From a virus (taxonomy: Duplodnaviria; Caudoviricetes): DNA of 62,709 nucleotides. The notes beneath the pieces were generated by a model. That model ran no database searches and was not told the origin of the DNA. It was given only the letters and a program-made list of their open reading frames with translations. Positions within the stretch are counted from its first letter, which is position 1. Each line of letters starts with the position of its first letter. Below, piece by piece: positions 27,802-36,677 of this stretch. Where the stretch lies: positions 1-62,709 of the IMG/VR virus record IMGVR_UViG_3300010412_000012; one strand, given 5' to 3'. Both the position numbers and the translations under genes were made by a program.

Positions 27802-28127
27802 TTGATTTCCCCCACTTCGAGAGACGCATCCTTCGTTGCCTTGACGCTGAATGATGCTTGCCTGTGTCCCATGTCGCTGTCGATCTTCGACATGAGCGCG
27901 GCCATGAATGGATCGTCAGCCAATTCATTAACCGTGTTCACAATGCTAAGTACGTCCTGCATGAGATCGTACTGTTCTTGGGTGAGCAGGGGTTCACCGC
28001 AGTCGGGGCAGAGCGCCCCTATCCATGCTCCGTAGTCCTGCATGGCAATGTCTTGTTTCTCGTAGTCGCAGTTGGGATTGTCGCATACGAGTCCGTTTGC
28101 TTGTACTTGGATGGGTTTCTGTTCCAT
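27786..28127 (-). CDS. Zn-ribbon hypothetical protein
   Basis: CDNPNCD...CPDCGE.LLT; AAGGA SD. Confidence 0.7.
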   Translation of the reverse strand: MEQKPIQVQANGLVCDNPNCDYEKQDIAMQDYGAWIGALCPDCGEPLLTQEQYDLMQDVLSIVNTVNELADDPFMAALMSKIDSDMGHRQASFSVKATKDASLEVGEIKWKDN

Positions 28128-28217
28128 TGTAGTTCCTTAATTGATTGCAGTAATACTACCACAAGGGTAGGGTCTCGATCGAGCACTGTTTGTAGGAAGT
28201 CCCTTTCCATACACCTG

Positions 28218-28562
28218 TTACTCCTTGTCTATGTTCCTCTGGACGTCCGGCCACTGAAGCTGGTCGCACAGTTCACACATACCTTCCAATTCAATGAAGG
28301 TATCCTCGTCCACATCCCGGTGGCACTCAGTACAGCAGCACTTGGAGATATGGGGTTTCGGGGTCGCGTTGTACCGTGACGCTTCAGCGAACCTGTCCCA
28401 ATCGAACTTGTTGCTGTCGCGCCTGAAGTACCCCGCTATCTTGTTCGTGAGTATCGTCAGGATCAAGGCAGGGTCACGCTGTTGCTGTATGCCCTCAATG
28501 ATCTTCTGATCCTCACGCCGCAGGATCGAAGCTATCGCTTCATAGTCTTTCTTACTTGCCAT
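28218..28562 (-). CDS. Hypothetical protein with a C-terminal Zn finger
   Basis: KKDYEAIA...FDWDRF; CTEC and CELC; AAGGAG SD before ATG 28562. Confidence 0.65.
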   Translation of the reverse strand: MASKKDYEAIASILRREDQKIIEGIQQQRDPALILTILTNKIAGYFRRDSNKFDWDRFAEASRYNATPKPHISKCCCTECHRDVDEDTFIELEGMCELCDQLQWPDVQRNIDKE

Positions 28563-28833
28563 GCTCTCTCCTTTCACACACGTGTGTGACTTGTTCGTTG
28601 TACCAAGACTCGTACCCCTCACAGAAGTGCGTGAGGAATGAGCCATGCTCTGCTATTGACCCGAACCTCTGAACCAAGAAACAAAGACACACTGTACGCC
28701 ACAGCACACGTGCCTCAATCGCGTCCAAGTCAACCTGTTCAGGGGTAGAGCCACGCCGCCGATGATAACGAGGAGTGGGCGCACCGATCATCAGCAGCGC
28801 GGCTCTATAGTCGTCGTGAGTGAAACGGCTCAC
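28552..28833 (-). CDS. Hypothetical protein
   Basis: GTGA overlap; tiled. Confidence 0.5.
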   Translation of the reverse strand: MSRFTHDDYRAALLMIGAPTPRYHRRRGSTPEQVDLDAIEARVLWRTVCLCFLVQRFGSIAEHGSFLTHFCEGYESWYNEQVTHVCERREHGK

Positions 28834-29165
28834 AGCAGCACGCCGCCTTTCTTCAGCTGCCGCATGAACAGTTGGTACGGTGCCGCATCGTCACCAGCTG
28901 TACGCAACGCACGCGAGACCACCGGCCACTCGTCGTGCCAGATCATCACCCACATTGGGAAACGCCTGTCACCAGTGAACTCACGGTGCAGGACTGACCT
29001 AAGTAACCGCTGGTCTGCCCACTTCATGTCGTCCTGCCTGCAAGCTGACCGCAGCGCCGATTCAATCTTGGCATGATTGCTCCTGCATAGCGCGATGCCT
29101 TTGGATGCCATAGGCACCTGCATACAGTCCCAATCACCTGCCAGTTCCGTCTTCATGTTTCTCAT
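28830..29165 (-). CDS. Hypothetical protein
   Basis: TAATG coupling. Confidence 0.6.
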   Translation of the reverse strand: MRNMKTELAGDWDCMQVPMASKGIALCRSNHAKIESALRSACRQDDMKWADQRLLRSVLHREFTGDRRFPMWVMIWHDEWPVVSRALRTAGDDAAPYQLFMRQLKKGGVLL

Positions 29166-29476
29166 TATTCACACTCCAAACACGTGAACAGAACAGCATC
29201 ACGCCCTTCCAACTCAGGCACGATCCAAACATAGTGTGCCTCGACAGGCGTACCATCCTGACACCAGCACATCTCACATTCCGGGGTGCCGACCATCAGT
29301 TCGCCGAACATCTCAAAGTCACAACCGAATGTGGCGATCAGATCATCCATCGTGTATGCAACACGTGGCTCAAATGTACCGATACCTTCCATCGCACAGC
29401 TTGCGCGTGGCCCATCTTCCAGTACGTCGCGCTCCATGTTCTGAAGCATAATGTCTAGTTGTTTCATGTTACCCAT
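29165..29476 (-). CDS. Acidic Zn-binding hypothetical protein
   Basis: GAGGAG SD before ATG 29476; CEMC and CLEC. Confidence 0.6.
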   Translation of the reverse strand: MGNMKQLDIMLQNMERDVLEDGPRASCAMEGIGTFEPRVAYTMDDLIATFGCDFEMFGELMVGTPECEMCWCQDGTPVEAHYVWIVPELEGRDAVLFTCLECE

Positions 29477-29509
29477 GTCTATCTCCTCGTCATTCACACA
29501 GTGTGTGAG

Positions 29510-29990
29510 TTGTTATGTTTGTAACAGATGTATTTGAAAACATCTGTGTCAAACGTAAATCCATTAAGTCCATCATCGCGTCCTCATTAAGTCCAAGTTA
29601 TTTTCTCACTTGGTCACGCGAGTGTCCAGTGTAATCAGTCGCTTATCCATTAGGTATAATTAGTCCACGATTTTCAGAGAACAAACATATATAGAATTAG
29701 AGGGTGAAGGGGTTTTGGTCGCCCCGTTACCCCGGCTGTTGCTCTCGCTATGGGGGGTTGTCCTCCGAAATCTATGGACTAATTATACTTAATAGATAAG
29801 TTATTGTATTGTATAGGCGACACACACACCTATCGCGTCCATCGCGTCCATTAAGTCCAAACTCGCTGCCGAAAGTCACGGCTGATGATAACGCCCGCAC
29901 CCCTGAACCCCTAGGTTTGAAAACATCTGTTATTGAAACGTATGTCACACACCTGTGTGAAAGGGTGTTAGGGTCACGTGTCCAAAACTG
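29510..29990. repeat. Non-coding repeat-rich region, candidate replication origin
   Basis: 26-bp inverted repeat at 29642-29667/29775-29800 (2 mismatches); direct repeats TTTGAAAACATCTGT x2, CATTAAGTCCA x3, ATCGCGTCC x3; AT-rich. Confidence 0.6.
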
Positions 29991-30001
29991 CTCACGCGGG
30001 C

Positions 30002-30030
30002 AAAAAAAGGGGCGGGCCGTAGCCCACCCC
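30002..30030 (-). terminator. Rho-independent terminator
   Basis: GGGGTGGGC-TACG-GCCCGCCCC followed by T7. Confidence 0.8.
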
Positions 30031-30065
30031 CGCGCCGGTTCCCAAGCCCGGCTGTCCTCGATAGG

Positions 30066-30602
30066 TTACGAAAGCTCGTAACCGTGTTCGGCACAAACAG
30101 CTTGCAACGCCTGTATGAAAGCAGACTTGCTAGTGCTGTTGAGAATGTCCGTTGCGATCTTGTCGAGCGGATCGACCTGCGCGGCCTTGTTCTTCTTGAA
30201 GAATTCGGCTTTGATTTGTTTCACGCTCGGCGTACCCTTTTTCGACAGGCGCACGAAAATGCGCGCTACCTTGATTGCGTCATGCCATACGAAACGCTCG
30301 CAACGCTTGTCGGATTCGACCGCTTCACACAGCGTTTGCAATTCGTGATGCGACCGCAATACTGCGCGACACTCGGACATGCGGGAATCGCGGCTGCGAC
30401 CTTTCCAGCCCATTTCATCCGCAACGGCTGTCACGATTTCTTTAATGTCCGTAGCGGGTACGGCGGCGTCGTAATCTTCGCCGATGATTTCACACATGTG
30501 TGAAACGAGATTGGTCTGCGATGTTACCTTGCGATAGGTGTCTGCAAACCCCGAAACGATTTTGCTAAGTACGGACTTAGCCACCTTGTTTGTTTTACTC
30601 AC
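30066..30602 (-). CDS. First early gene, hypothetical helical protein
   Basis: GTG at 30602 with AGAGGT SD; has its own terminator. Confidence 0.65.
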   Translation of the reverse strand: MSKTNKVAKSVLSKIVSGFADTYRKVTSQTNLVSHMCEIIGEDYDAAVPATDIKEIVTAVADEMGWKGRSRDSRMSECRAVLRSHHELQTLCEAVESDKRCERFVWHDAIKVARIFVRLSKKGTPSVKQIKAEFFKKNKAAQVDPLDKIATDILNSTSKSAFIQALQAVCAEHGYELS

Positions 30603-30690
30603 GATGAATACCTCTTTCGTGGGGTGCGCCCTTCGCTCCCCTTCACTATACAAGTGATTGGAAAGGACAGGACTCACACATGTGTGAAAA

Positions 30691-30734
30691 GGGGACACCG
30701 GGGTACCGGGCCAAGGGGGGGCCGGGGTTGGGGG
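30691..30734 (+). other. G-run tract with G-quadruplex potential at the strand switch
   Basis: Six runs of 3-7 G separated by 2-5 nt. Confidence 0.6.
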
Positions 30735-30846
30735 ATCGTTTACCTCCCTCAAACATGTAACCCCCAAAAATGAAAAGTGGGCTATATACACACACTCAAT
30801 TTTTATGGTACGCTATGACTTCGTCCACGAGACGAGGAGAGCTGAA

Positions 30847-31050
30847 ATGCCCAACAACTGTTACAACTGCGAACACTTCGAGTACAAGCTCGAGAACCCC
30901 TTCGTGGGTGAATGCCACAGGTACCCCCCGACGCAGACCCCACAGCACTTTCCTCTGGCCGGTCAGCCCGAGCACTGGGGATACCCGAAAATCGAAGTGC
31001 CTTCCTACTGCTCTGAGTGGAAAGAGGCCGGACAAGGAGACTTCCCGTAA
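30847..31050 (+). CDS. Small four-Cys protein
   Basis: GAGGAG SD; CYNC...GECHRYPP...YCSEW. Confidence 0.7.
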   Translation: MPNNCYNCEHFEYKLENPFVGECHRYPPTQTPQHFPLAGQPEHWGYPKIEVPSYCSEWKEAGQGDFP

Positions 31051-31322
31051 TGGAAAAAATCTGGATTGTAGTGTGGGTCTTAATGACACCACCACAGGGT
31101 GACGGGGTCGCATACCAGAAGGACTACGGTATGGCGGGTCCGATCGACGAGCACACCTGCGAACTGATGCGCGATGAAATCATTGACTTAGCTGCCCGCC
31201 GCTCTGAAGCGCACGCGCTCGTAGCAACGTGCCGGAAAATGAGACCGGAAGATGCTAAGCTGCTCGAGAAGAACACCCCTTTACCAAGGATTGAACGTGA
31301 CCGGAAAAATACGACCACTTGA
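31050..31322 (+). CDS. Hypothetical protein with a hydrophobic N-terminus
   Basis: TAATG coupling; AAGGAG SD. Confidence 0.6.
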   Translation: MEKIWIVVWVLMTPPQGDGVAYQKDYGMAGPIDEHTCELMRDEIIDLAARRSEAHALVATCRKMRPEDAKLLEKNTPLPRIERDRKNTTT

Positions 31323-31500
31323 AGACGACCTCTACCCGATGAATCAGGATCGAGTCAATTTCGATGCTTTGATGTACGCGAACTCGATTGATTACATCGC
31401 CGGGTACGTGCGCCGGAACAAGATCGGTATAGAGGAGGCCGTAGCGATGATTGAAAAAGACGTTCGGATGATGCTTGACCAGCGGCATCGGACTCAGTAG
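31297..31500 (+). CDS. Hypothetical protein
   Basis: GTG start after AAGGA; tiled. Confidence 0.5.
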   Translation: MTGKIRPLEDDLYPMNQDRVNFDALMYANSIDYIAGYVRRNKIGIEEAVAMIEKDVRMMLDQRHRTQ

Positions 31501-31540
31501 CATCGTGGATGTTTCCAACCAATGTAAGGAACCACAAGAG

Positions 31541-31783
31541 ATGTTTACTATCCGATTCGTTCAGCATCACGACAAAGATCGCTACAAATCATACTCCTGT
31601 CGAGCATACGACGTCCGTCACGATGGCACAGGAGAAGCCACCGTCCGAATGCACTTTCCCGATGGGGAGATGTACGAAGAACAGGTCGGCGCGAAGACCC
31701 CCTACGATGTCGCCTACGTCACCAACGTGGAGTCGCGCACTATCGACGTCGTCAAAGAACTAATGTGTCTGAGAGAGGACTGA
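31541..31783 (+). CDS. Hypothetical protein
   Basis: TAAGGA SD before ATG 31541. Confidence 0.6.
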   Translation: MFTIRFVQHHDKDRYKSYSCRAYDVRHDGTGEATVRMHFPDGEMYEEQVGAKTPYDVAYVTNVESRTIDVVKELMCLRED

Positions 31784-31786
31784 GCC

Positions 31787-31903
31787 ATGTACAGTATTGC
31801 ATGTTTTGTAGTCGTCGCATTGATCGTTGCAAGTGGTGTTTACATCTACCACGACCAGATCGACGCGCTCGTGCAGAAAGTCAGGGCGCGGTTTAAGAAG
31901 TAA
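31787..31903 (+). CDS. 38-aa single-TM protein (not in the ORF track)
   Basis: MYSIACFVVVALIVASGVYIYHDQIDALVQKVRARFKK; GAGGA SD; TAATG coupling to the RHH gene. Confidence 0.55.
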   Translation: MYSIACFVVVALIVASGVYIYHDQIDALVQKVRARFKK

Positions 31904-32085
31904 TGCCGCGTCGGAGCATGAACGGGGTCAGGGTTCACCTGATCGTGACCAAACCCCAGCATACCCGGTTGGACGCCCTCGCGCAGAAGACCGGGTTGCC
32001 CATGTCTGAGTTACTTAGGCGTGCGATTGACACTTATCTGGGACAAGATGGACAAGCAAAAACTGAAACAGCAAATCAAGGCTGA
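31903..32085 (+). CDS. Ribbon-helix-helix (CopG/Arc-like) DNA-binding protein
   Basis: RVHLIV strand, LDALAQKTG helix, MSELLRRAIDTYL helix. Confidence 0.8.
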   Translation: MPRRSMNGVRVHLIVTKPQHTRLDALAQKTGLPMSELLRRAIDTYLGQDGQAKTETANQG

Positions 32086-32224
32086 CGCGAACCCCGACAA
32101 GCTCGTGGCCGCGATCAAGCGCGGAGATAAGAGCTACATCCGGGGAGCGTTGCAATGGTACGAGAGGAAAGCTGGCGCGAAAGAGCTTACGGCATTCCTG
32201 CGAGACTGCTACTCGGGTGGTTAG
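32048..32224 (+). CDS. Hypothetical protein
   Basis: Tiled small ORF. Confidence 0.45.
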   Translation: MDKQKLKQQIKADANPDKLVAAIKRGDKSYIRGALQWYERKAGAKELTAFLRDCYSGG

Positions 32225-32275
32225 CTCTTGCGGTTGTATTCACGTGGGTGATTTTATGGCCTGTGAGGAAATTTT

Positions 32276-33715
32276 ATGAGTTCCGGAGACGCGAACCCGA
32301 ATGCACTGAACTTTGTGACGCCTCCCACCATTGGGAAGTTCATGCTGGACGGATCGTTTGTGCGCCTCATCATGGGGCCGGTTGGATCGGGCAAATCTGC
32401 CGGATGCTTTATGGAACTCCTGCGTCGTGCGCGTCTTCAGGAGCCGAATGCCCAAGGTGTACGCCAGACGCGCATGGCGATTATCCGAAATACGCTCCAA
32501 CAGCTGAAGCAAACCTGTCTTGCAGACATTCTGCTGTGGTTGGCTCCAATATGTACGTACAAGGTGAGCGACTCCACCATCTATATACGTTTTCCCCTAC
32601 CGGATGGTACCAGAGTGGAATCGGACTGGATGCTCATTCCCTTGGACACGAAACAGGATCAGCAAAGGCTCTTGTCCCTCAACCTGACGGGCGCTTGGGT
32701 GTCGGAGTTCCGAGAAATCGAACCTTCCTTGATCGACGCGCTCTCTGGCCGTCTGGGAAGGTTCCCGTCGAAGGCTATTGCGAAACCGACATGGCACGGC
32801 ATCGTCGCGGAGACGAACCCGCCGGATGAAGACAGTGAATGGTACACGAAACTCGAGGTGGAACGTCCGCCCGGATGGGCCTTCTACCGACAGCCGGGAG
32901 GTATGGACCCTGATGCAGAAAATCTCGAAAATCTGCCCTCACTTCCAGACGGTACCACTTACTACGAAAATCTCATCAACAATAACAACTCAGATTGGTG
33001 CGACATTCACGTACATGCCAATTATGGCAAGTCGCTCTCTGGTCAGGCCGTTTTCAGAGCATCGTTCAAACCTGACTTTCATATTGTAAAGGCCGAAGAC
33101 CTCGAAGAACCGTCCAGCATGGTGCCGTTGATGATCGGAGTGGACTTTGGTCGCACCCCGTGCGCCCTGATCGGTCAAATCGACTCAAGAGGGCGTCTCA
33201 TCATCTATGATGAAATTACATCGGAGGATATGGGCATTGAACAGTTTGCGACGACGCTTCTTAGACCCCTGCTCTACGAAAAGTATTCAGGCTTCAGCAT
33301 GTTTATGGTCGGAGACCCGAAGGGACGAGATAAATCGCAAGTCAATGAGGATTCTCCATTCGATGTTCTCAAGCGCCTCGGTTTCGACATCCACCCGGCC
33401 CCAACAAACAATATCGACTCAAGACTTCGAGCAGTGGAGCAACTCTTGCTTCATCAATACGATGGTGGACCCCAGTTGATGATTTCCAACGCCTGTACGA
33501 CGCTGACGCAGGCAATGAAGTTCTGGTACAGGTATAAGAGAAAAACGACCGGAATGTTGGAAGACAAACCCGAAAAAACGCATCCGTGGTCGGATGTGGC
33601 CGACTGTTTGCAATATATGTCGCTTTCGACGAACGCGAACTACCTCGGCAAGATTATGGCCCGCCGAGAGCACCGTGTGCCGAAACCAGCGCCGTCAGTC
33701 CGGGCTTGGACTTGA
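32276..33715 (+). CDS. terL: Terminase large subunit
   Basis: GPVGSGKS, IIRNT, WVSE, ETNPP; nuclease motifs GVDFGRTP, GDP, SDVADCLQY. Confidence 0.95.
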   Translation: MSSGDANPNALNFVTPPTIGKFMLDGSFVRLIMGPVGSGKSAGCFMELLRRARLQEPNAQGVRQTRMAIIRNTLQQLKQTCLADILLWLAPICTYKVSDSTIYIRFPLPDGTRVESDWMLIPLDTKQDQQRLLSLNLTGAWVSEFREIEPSLIDALSGRLGRFPSKAIAKPTWHGIVAETNPPDEDSEWYTKLEVERPPGWAFYRQPGGMDPDAENLENLPSLPDGTTYYENLINNNNSDWCDIHVHANYGKSLSGQAVFRASFKPDFHIVKAEDLEEPSSMVPLMIGVDFGRTPCALIGQIDSRGRLIIYDEITSEDMGIEQFATTLLRPLLYEKYSGFSMFMVGDPKGRDKSQVNEDSPFDVLKRLGFDIHPAPTNNIDSRLRAVEQLLLHQYDGGPQLMISNACTTLTQAMKFWYRYKRKTTGMLEDKPEKTHPWSDVADCLQYMSLSTNANYLGKIMARREHRVPKPAPSVRAWT

Positions 33716-34171
33716 TTCGATGATGACCGGGGCCGATTTTACGTCGTCGCCGGTATTTATGTGAATTGCGACGTTGAATCCGGCTCCGGCAGCGCCACCT
33801 TCGGCTGCGCGTTGCGTTCGACCTGCCAAAACCGCCAGTTGCTTCACAGAGTCGATCTTGGACTGCGTCGAGCCTTCGGAATTGTGAATAATCCCGTCCA
33901 GAACCGGCAGAGCCTCCTCGAGCAGCATTTCCGACTTCAAGGTGATGCGTCGGCTCGCCCCGAGGTCCCCGGAGAACTTTTCCCCGGCGTCTTTCAACAT
34001 CTGGACGAAAAACTTGCTTGCTCGGAGCCTGTCCCATTGCGCGGGGGTCAGGTTGTACTTGATAGGGACATCGGAGGGCTTAACCAGCCCAGCGGCCAGT
34101 TCCACGCAAATCGTCGGGCTGAGATGCGTATAATCGAGGCTGTCGTCTTGTTCAGTGATTTCAGTAGACAT
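33695..34171 (-). CDS. Putative terminase small subunit, inverted orientation
   Basis: HTH-like N-terminus, helical core, C-terminal FNVAIHIN strand; fills the terL-portal gap. Confidence 0.55.
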   Translation of the reverse strand: MSTEITEQDDSLDYTHLSPTICVELAAGLVKPSDVPIKYNLTPAQWDRLRASKFFVQMLKDAGEKFSGDLGASRRITLKSEMLLEEALPVLDGIIHNSEGSTQSKIDSVKQLAVLAGRTQRAAEGGAAGAGFNVAIHINTGDDVKSAPVIIESSPSPD

Positions 34172-34227
34172 GGGGGGTCGATTCCAGTACATTTGTGACA
34201 CGCTCACTATACCTGCACCCTAACGAA

Positions 34228-36324
34228 ATGGCTACAGCGATTGGACAAGCTATTCCCGTATCCACAGGTCGGAGCCTATTGAGAGTCGTTTCAAGCCAAG
34301 AACTGAAGGCTCGGGACGATGCAGTAGAAGCCGAACTGGAAGCGGAATACGATCAGCAAGACGAGGTCACTGATTCCCTCGCCGCACACATACGCGCACG
34401 TATGACAGACATGAGGAACTTCCGAAACTCGGAAGGCATCTCAGAGAGACTTCTCCACGCCCTTCGCACCTACAAGGGCATGTACAGCACTTCACAGCTT
34501 CAGTCGATCCAAGGATTCGGCGGTAGCGACATCTACGCCCGCGTGACGGCCACCAAGTGCCGTGCCGCTACTGCACTCCTCCGAGACGTCTATCTCGGTC
34601 AGGAGCGCTCATGGGACGTTGAACCAACCCCAGAACCCAAGACTCCGATGGACGTTGACGCAATGATTCAGCAGCTCGTCAACGTGGAGATACAGACACT
34701 CCAACAGGCCGGTCAGCCAGTTGACCAGCAAATGATCGCAGATCGCGTCGAACTTCTACGTAAGGCCGCTGAGCGTGCAGCCAAGAAGGTAGCCTTCGAC
34801 GAAGCGGTCAAAGCTGGCAAGAAACTCGATGACATTCTGACAGAGGGCGGATTCTACGACGCCTTCGCCGAGTTCCTGATCGACCTGCCTATATTCCCGT
34901 ACGCATGTATGAAAGGCCCAGAAGTGCGGCGGGTGAATCAGACCAAGTGGGTGAACGGTCAGGCGGTGCAGGAGTCCGTTCCCAAGATGTTCTGGCGGCG
35001 CGTGTCGCCGTTCGACATCTATTGGTCCCCCGGCGCGGCTCACCCGAAGCAGGCGGAATTCATTGAGCGTATCCGTCTGACTCGGGCCGAGCTTGCGTCT
35101 TGCAAAGGACTACCCGGATACAATGACAAAGCGATCGACCGAGTCCTCGAAGTTGCGTACCTCGACGGCATCCACGAGTGGTGGGACACCATCGACACCG
35201 CACGGGCAGAACTCGAAGACAGGGAGCGCTGGTCACGAACGGCTACCTCCCTCATCGACACTGCTGAGTTTACCGGGCATATCAGCGGAAGACTTCTTAA
35301 CGAGTGGGGAATGGAAGTCGATGACCTCACCCGAGAGTATTTCGTAACAGCATGGATGGTTGACCGCTGGGTCATCAAAGTTCAGATCAACCCGAGTACG
35401 CAGCAACGCGCTCCGTACTACCTCTCGAACTTCGAGAAGGTCCCCGGTGCGATGGTTGGATACGGTCTGGTAGACCTGTTGGAAGACGTACAGACTGTGT
35501 GCAACGCTTCCGCACGAGCGCTTGTAAACAACGCATCTATTTCGTCTGGCCCGCAGGTCGTCATCAACGATTCTGTCCTGATGCCCGGTGAGAATGATGA
35601 CCTGTACCCGTGGAAGCGGTGGCATGTCGATTACGACCCCTCGCTTGTATCCAGCGGTACCAAACCCCTAGAGTTCTACCAGCCGAACATCAATGCGGCT
35701 GAACTCATGGGCATCTTCAAGGAATGGTCGATCCTCGGTGACGAGATCAGCTCCATTCCGCGTTACATGACCGGAAACGAGAAAGTCGGCGGTGCGGGCC
35801 GGACGGCTTCCGGTTTGGCAATGCTGATGGGAAATGCCTCGAAGACGCTGCAAAACGTAGCGGCCTCGATCGACAGGGACATTGTACGTCCCATGCTCCA
35901 TCAGCTGTATGATATGATTATGCTGACCGAGCCGGGTGCGTTCCGAGGCGATGAACAGATCGTCGTCAAGGGCGTCAACCATGCGGTCAAGCGCGAACAG
36001 GATCGGATGCGCCAGCTCGAGTTCTTGCAGCTGACGGCGAACCCGATCGACATGGCGATTGTTGGACCGGACGGACGAGCGAATGTCCTGCGGAGCGTGG
36101 CCCAGAATCTCGGCCTTGAGCATGAGAAGACGGTGCCGGATGACGACGAGCTGCAAGCCCGTATGATGGCTCAGCAACAGGCAGCGGCTCAACAGGGAGG
36201 AGGTGATCCTAACCAGCAGCCCGGACCTAGGGAGGGTCGTGCCGGGCCTGAAGCCGCACGCGAGGAAGTGGAAGGTGATTTTCAAGGCCCCACCGGGCGA
36301 CCCGGTATGAGGGCAGGAGGCTAA
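34228..36324 (+). CDS. Portal protein
   Basis: About 700 aa after terminase; VSPFDIY, GYGL..L..VQ, RTASGLAMLM; Gln-rich tail. Confidence 0.9.
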   Translation: MATAIGQAIPVSTGRSLLRVVSSQELKARDDAVEAELEAEYDQQDEVTDSLAAHIRARMTDMRNFRNSEGISERLLHALRTYKGMYSTSQLQSIQGFGGSDIYARVTATKCRAATALLRDVYLGQERSWDVEPTPEPKTPMDVDAMIQQLVNVEIQTLQQAGQPVDQQMIADRVELLRKAAERAAKKVAFDEAVKAGKKLDDILTEGGFYDAFAEFLIDLPIFPYACMKGPEVRRVNQTKWVNGQAVQESVPKMFWRRVSPFDIYWSPGAAHPKQAEFIERIRLTRAELASCKGLPGYNDKAIDRVLEVAYLDGIHEWWDTIDTARAELEDRERWSRTATSLIDTAEFTGHISGRLLNEWGMEVDDLTREYFVTAWMVDRWVIKVQINPSTQQRAPYYLSNFEKVPGAMVGYGLVDLLEDVQTVCNASARALVNNASISSGPQVVINDSVLMPGENDDLYPWKRWHVDYDPSLVSSGTKPLEFYQPNINAAELMGIFKEWSILGDEISSIPRYMTGNEKVGGAGRTASGLAMLMGNASKTLQNVAASIDRDIVRPMLHQLYDMIMLTEPGAFRGDEQIVVKGVNHAVKREQDRMRQLEFLQLTANPIDMAIVGPDGRANVLRSVAQNLGLEHEKTVPDDDELQARMMAQQQAAAQQGGGDPNQQPGPREGRAGPEAAREEVEGDFQGPTGRPGMRAGG

Positions 36325-36328
36325 TACG

Positions 36329-36667
36329 ATGCCCTGTGGTATGAAACATAAGTACGGAAACGGTGGACAGGTAAAGGTTCACTACGCCGATGGTGGTAAG
36401 GTTGCCAAGAAGAAAAAGAAGAAAGTAGCCACCCCTGAGATGCTTGGGACTGGTATGGCGGCCAAGGCCGGTAAGACACTTCGTGACAGGCGTGCGGAAC
36501 AGATGAAGGATATGGGTCTCGCTGACGGCGGCAAGCCTAAGATGAAGCCCCACAAGCCTGCCAAGGTGAAGTCTCCGATCCTTGAGGCTTCCAAGAAGAA
36601 AGGTTATGGTCCCGGTGGTCCGATGACACCCGGTGCTCGTGGAACTTACCCTCGCAAGAAAAAGTGA
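36329..36667 (+). CDS. Lys-rich small protein with ADGG motifs, putative internal head protein
   Basis: YGNGG, YADGG, LADGG; poly-Lys. Confidence 0.65.
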   Translation: MPCGMKHKYGNGGQVKVHYADGGKVAKKKKKKVATPEMLGTGMAAKAGKTLRDRRAEQMKDMGLADGGKPKMKPHKPAKVKSPILEASKKKGYGPGGPMTPGARGTYPRKKK

Positions 36668-36677
36668 GATTTAGGCG

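Larger units (their letters stand above)
20253..30687. repeat. Family of ten dispersed palindromes TCACAC-N2-4-GTGTGA
   Basis: Copies start at 20253, 20838, 24311, 26625, 26996, 28574, 29494, 29945, 30490 and 30674. Confidence 0.9.

Noticed and set aside
29809-30081. 90-aa plus-strand ORF in the origin-like region
   Set aside because: TTG start, no RBS, crosses repeats and a terminator.
20253-30687. Palindromes as CRP sites or CRISPR repeats
   Set aside because: Half-site order is opposite to TGTGA-N6-TCACA, and spacing between copies is irregular (0.2-3.5 kb) and often intragenic.
30603-30791. N-terminal extension of the 241-aa ORF
   Set aside because: Runs through the G-tract, palindrome and promoter region; a better SD and start lie at 30602.
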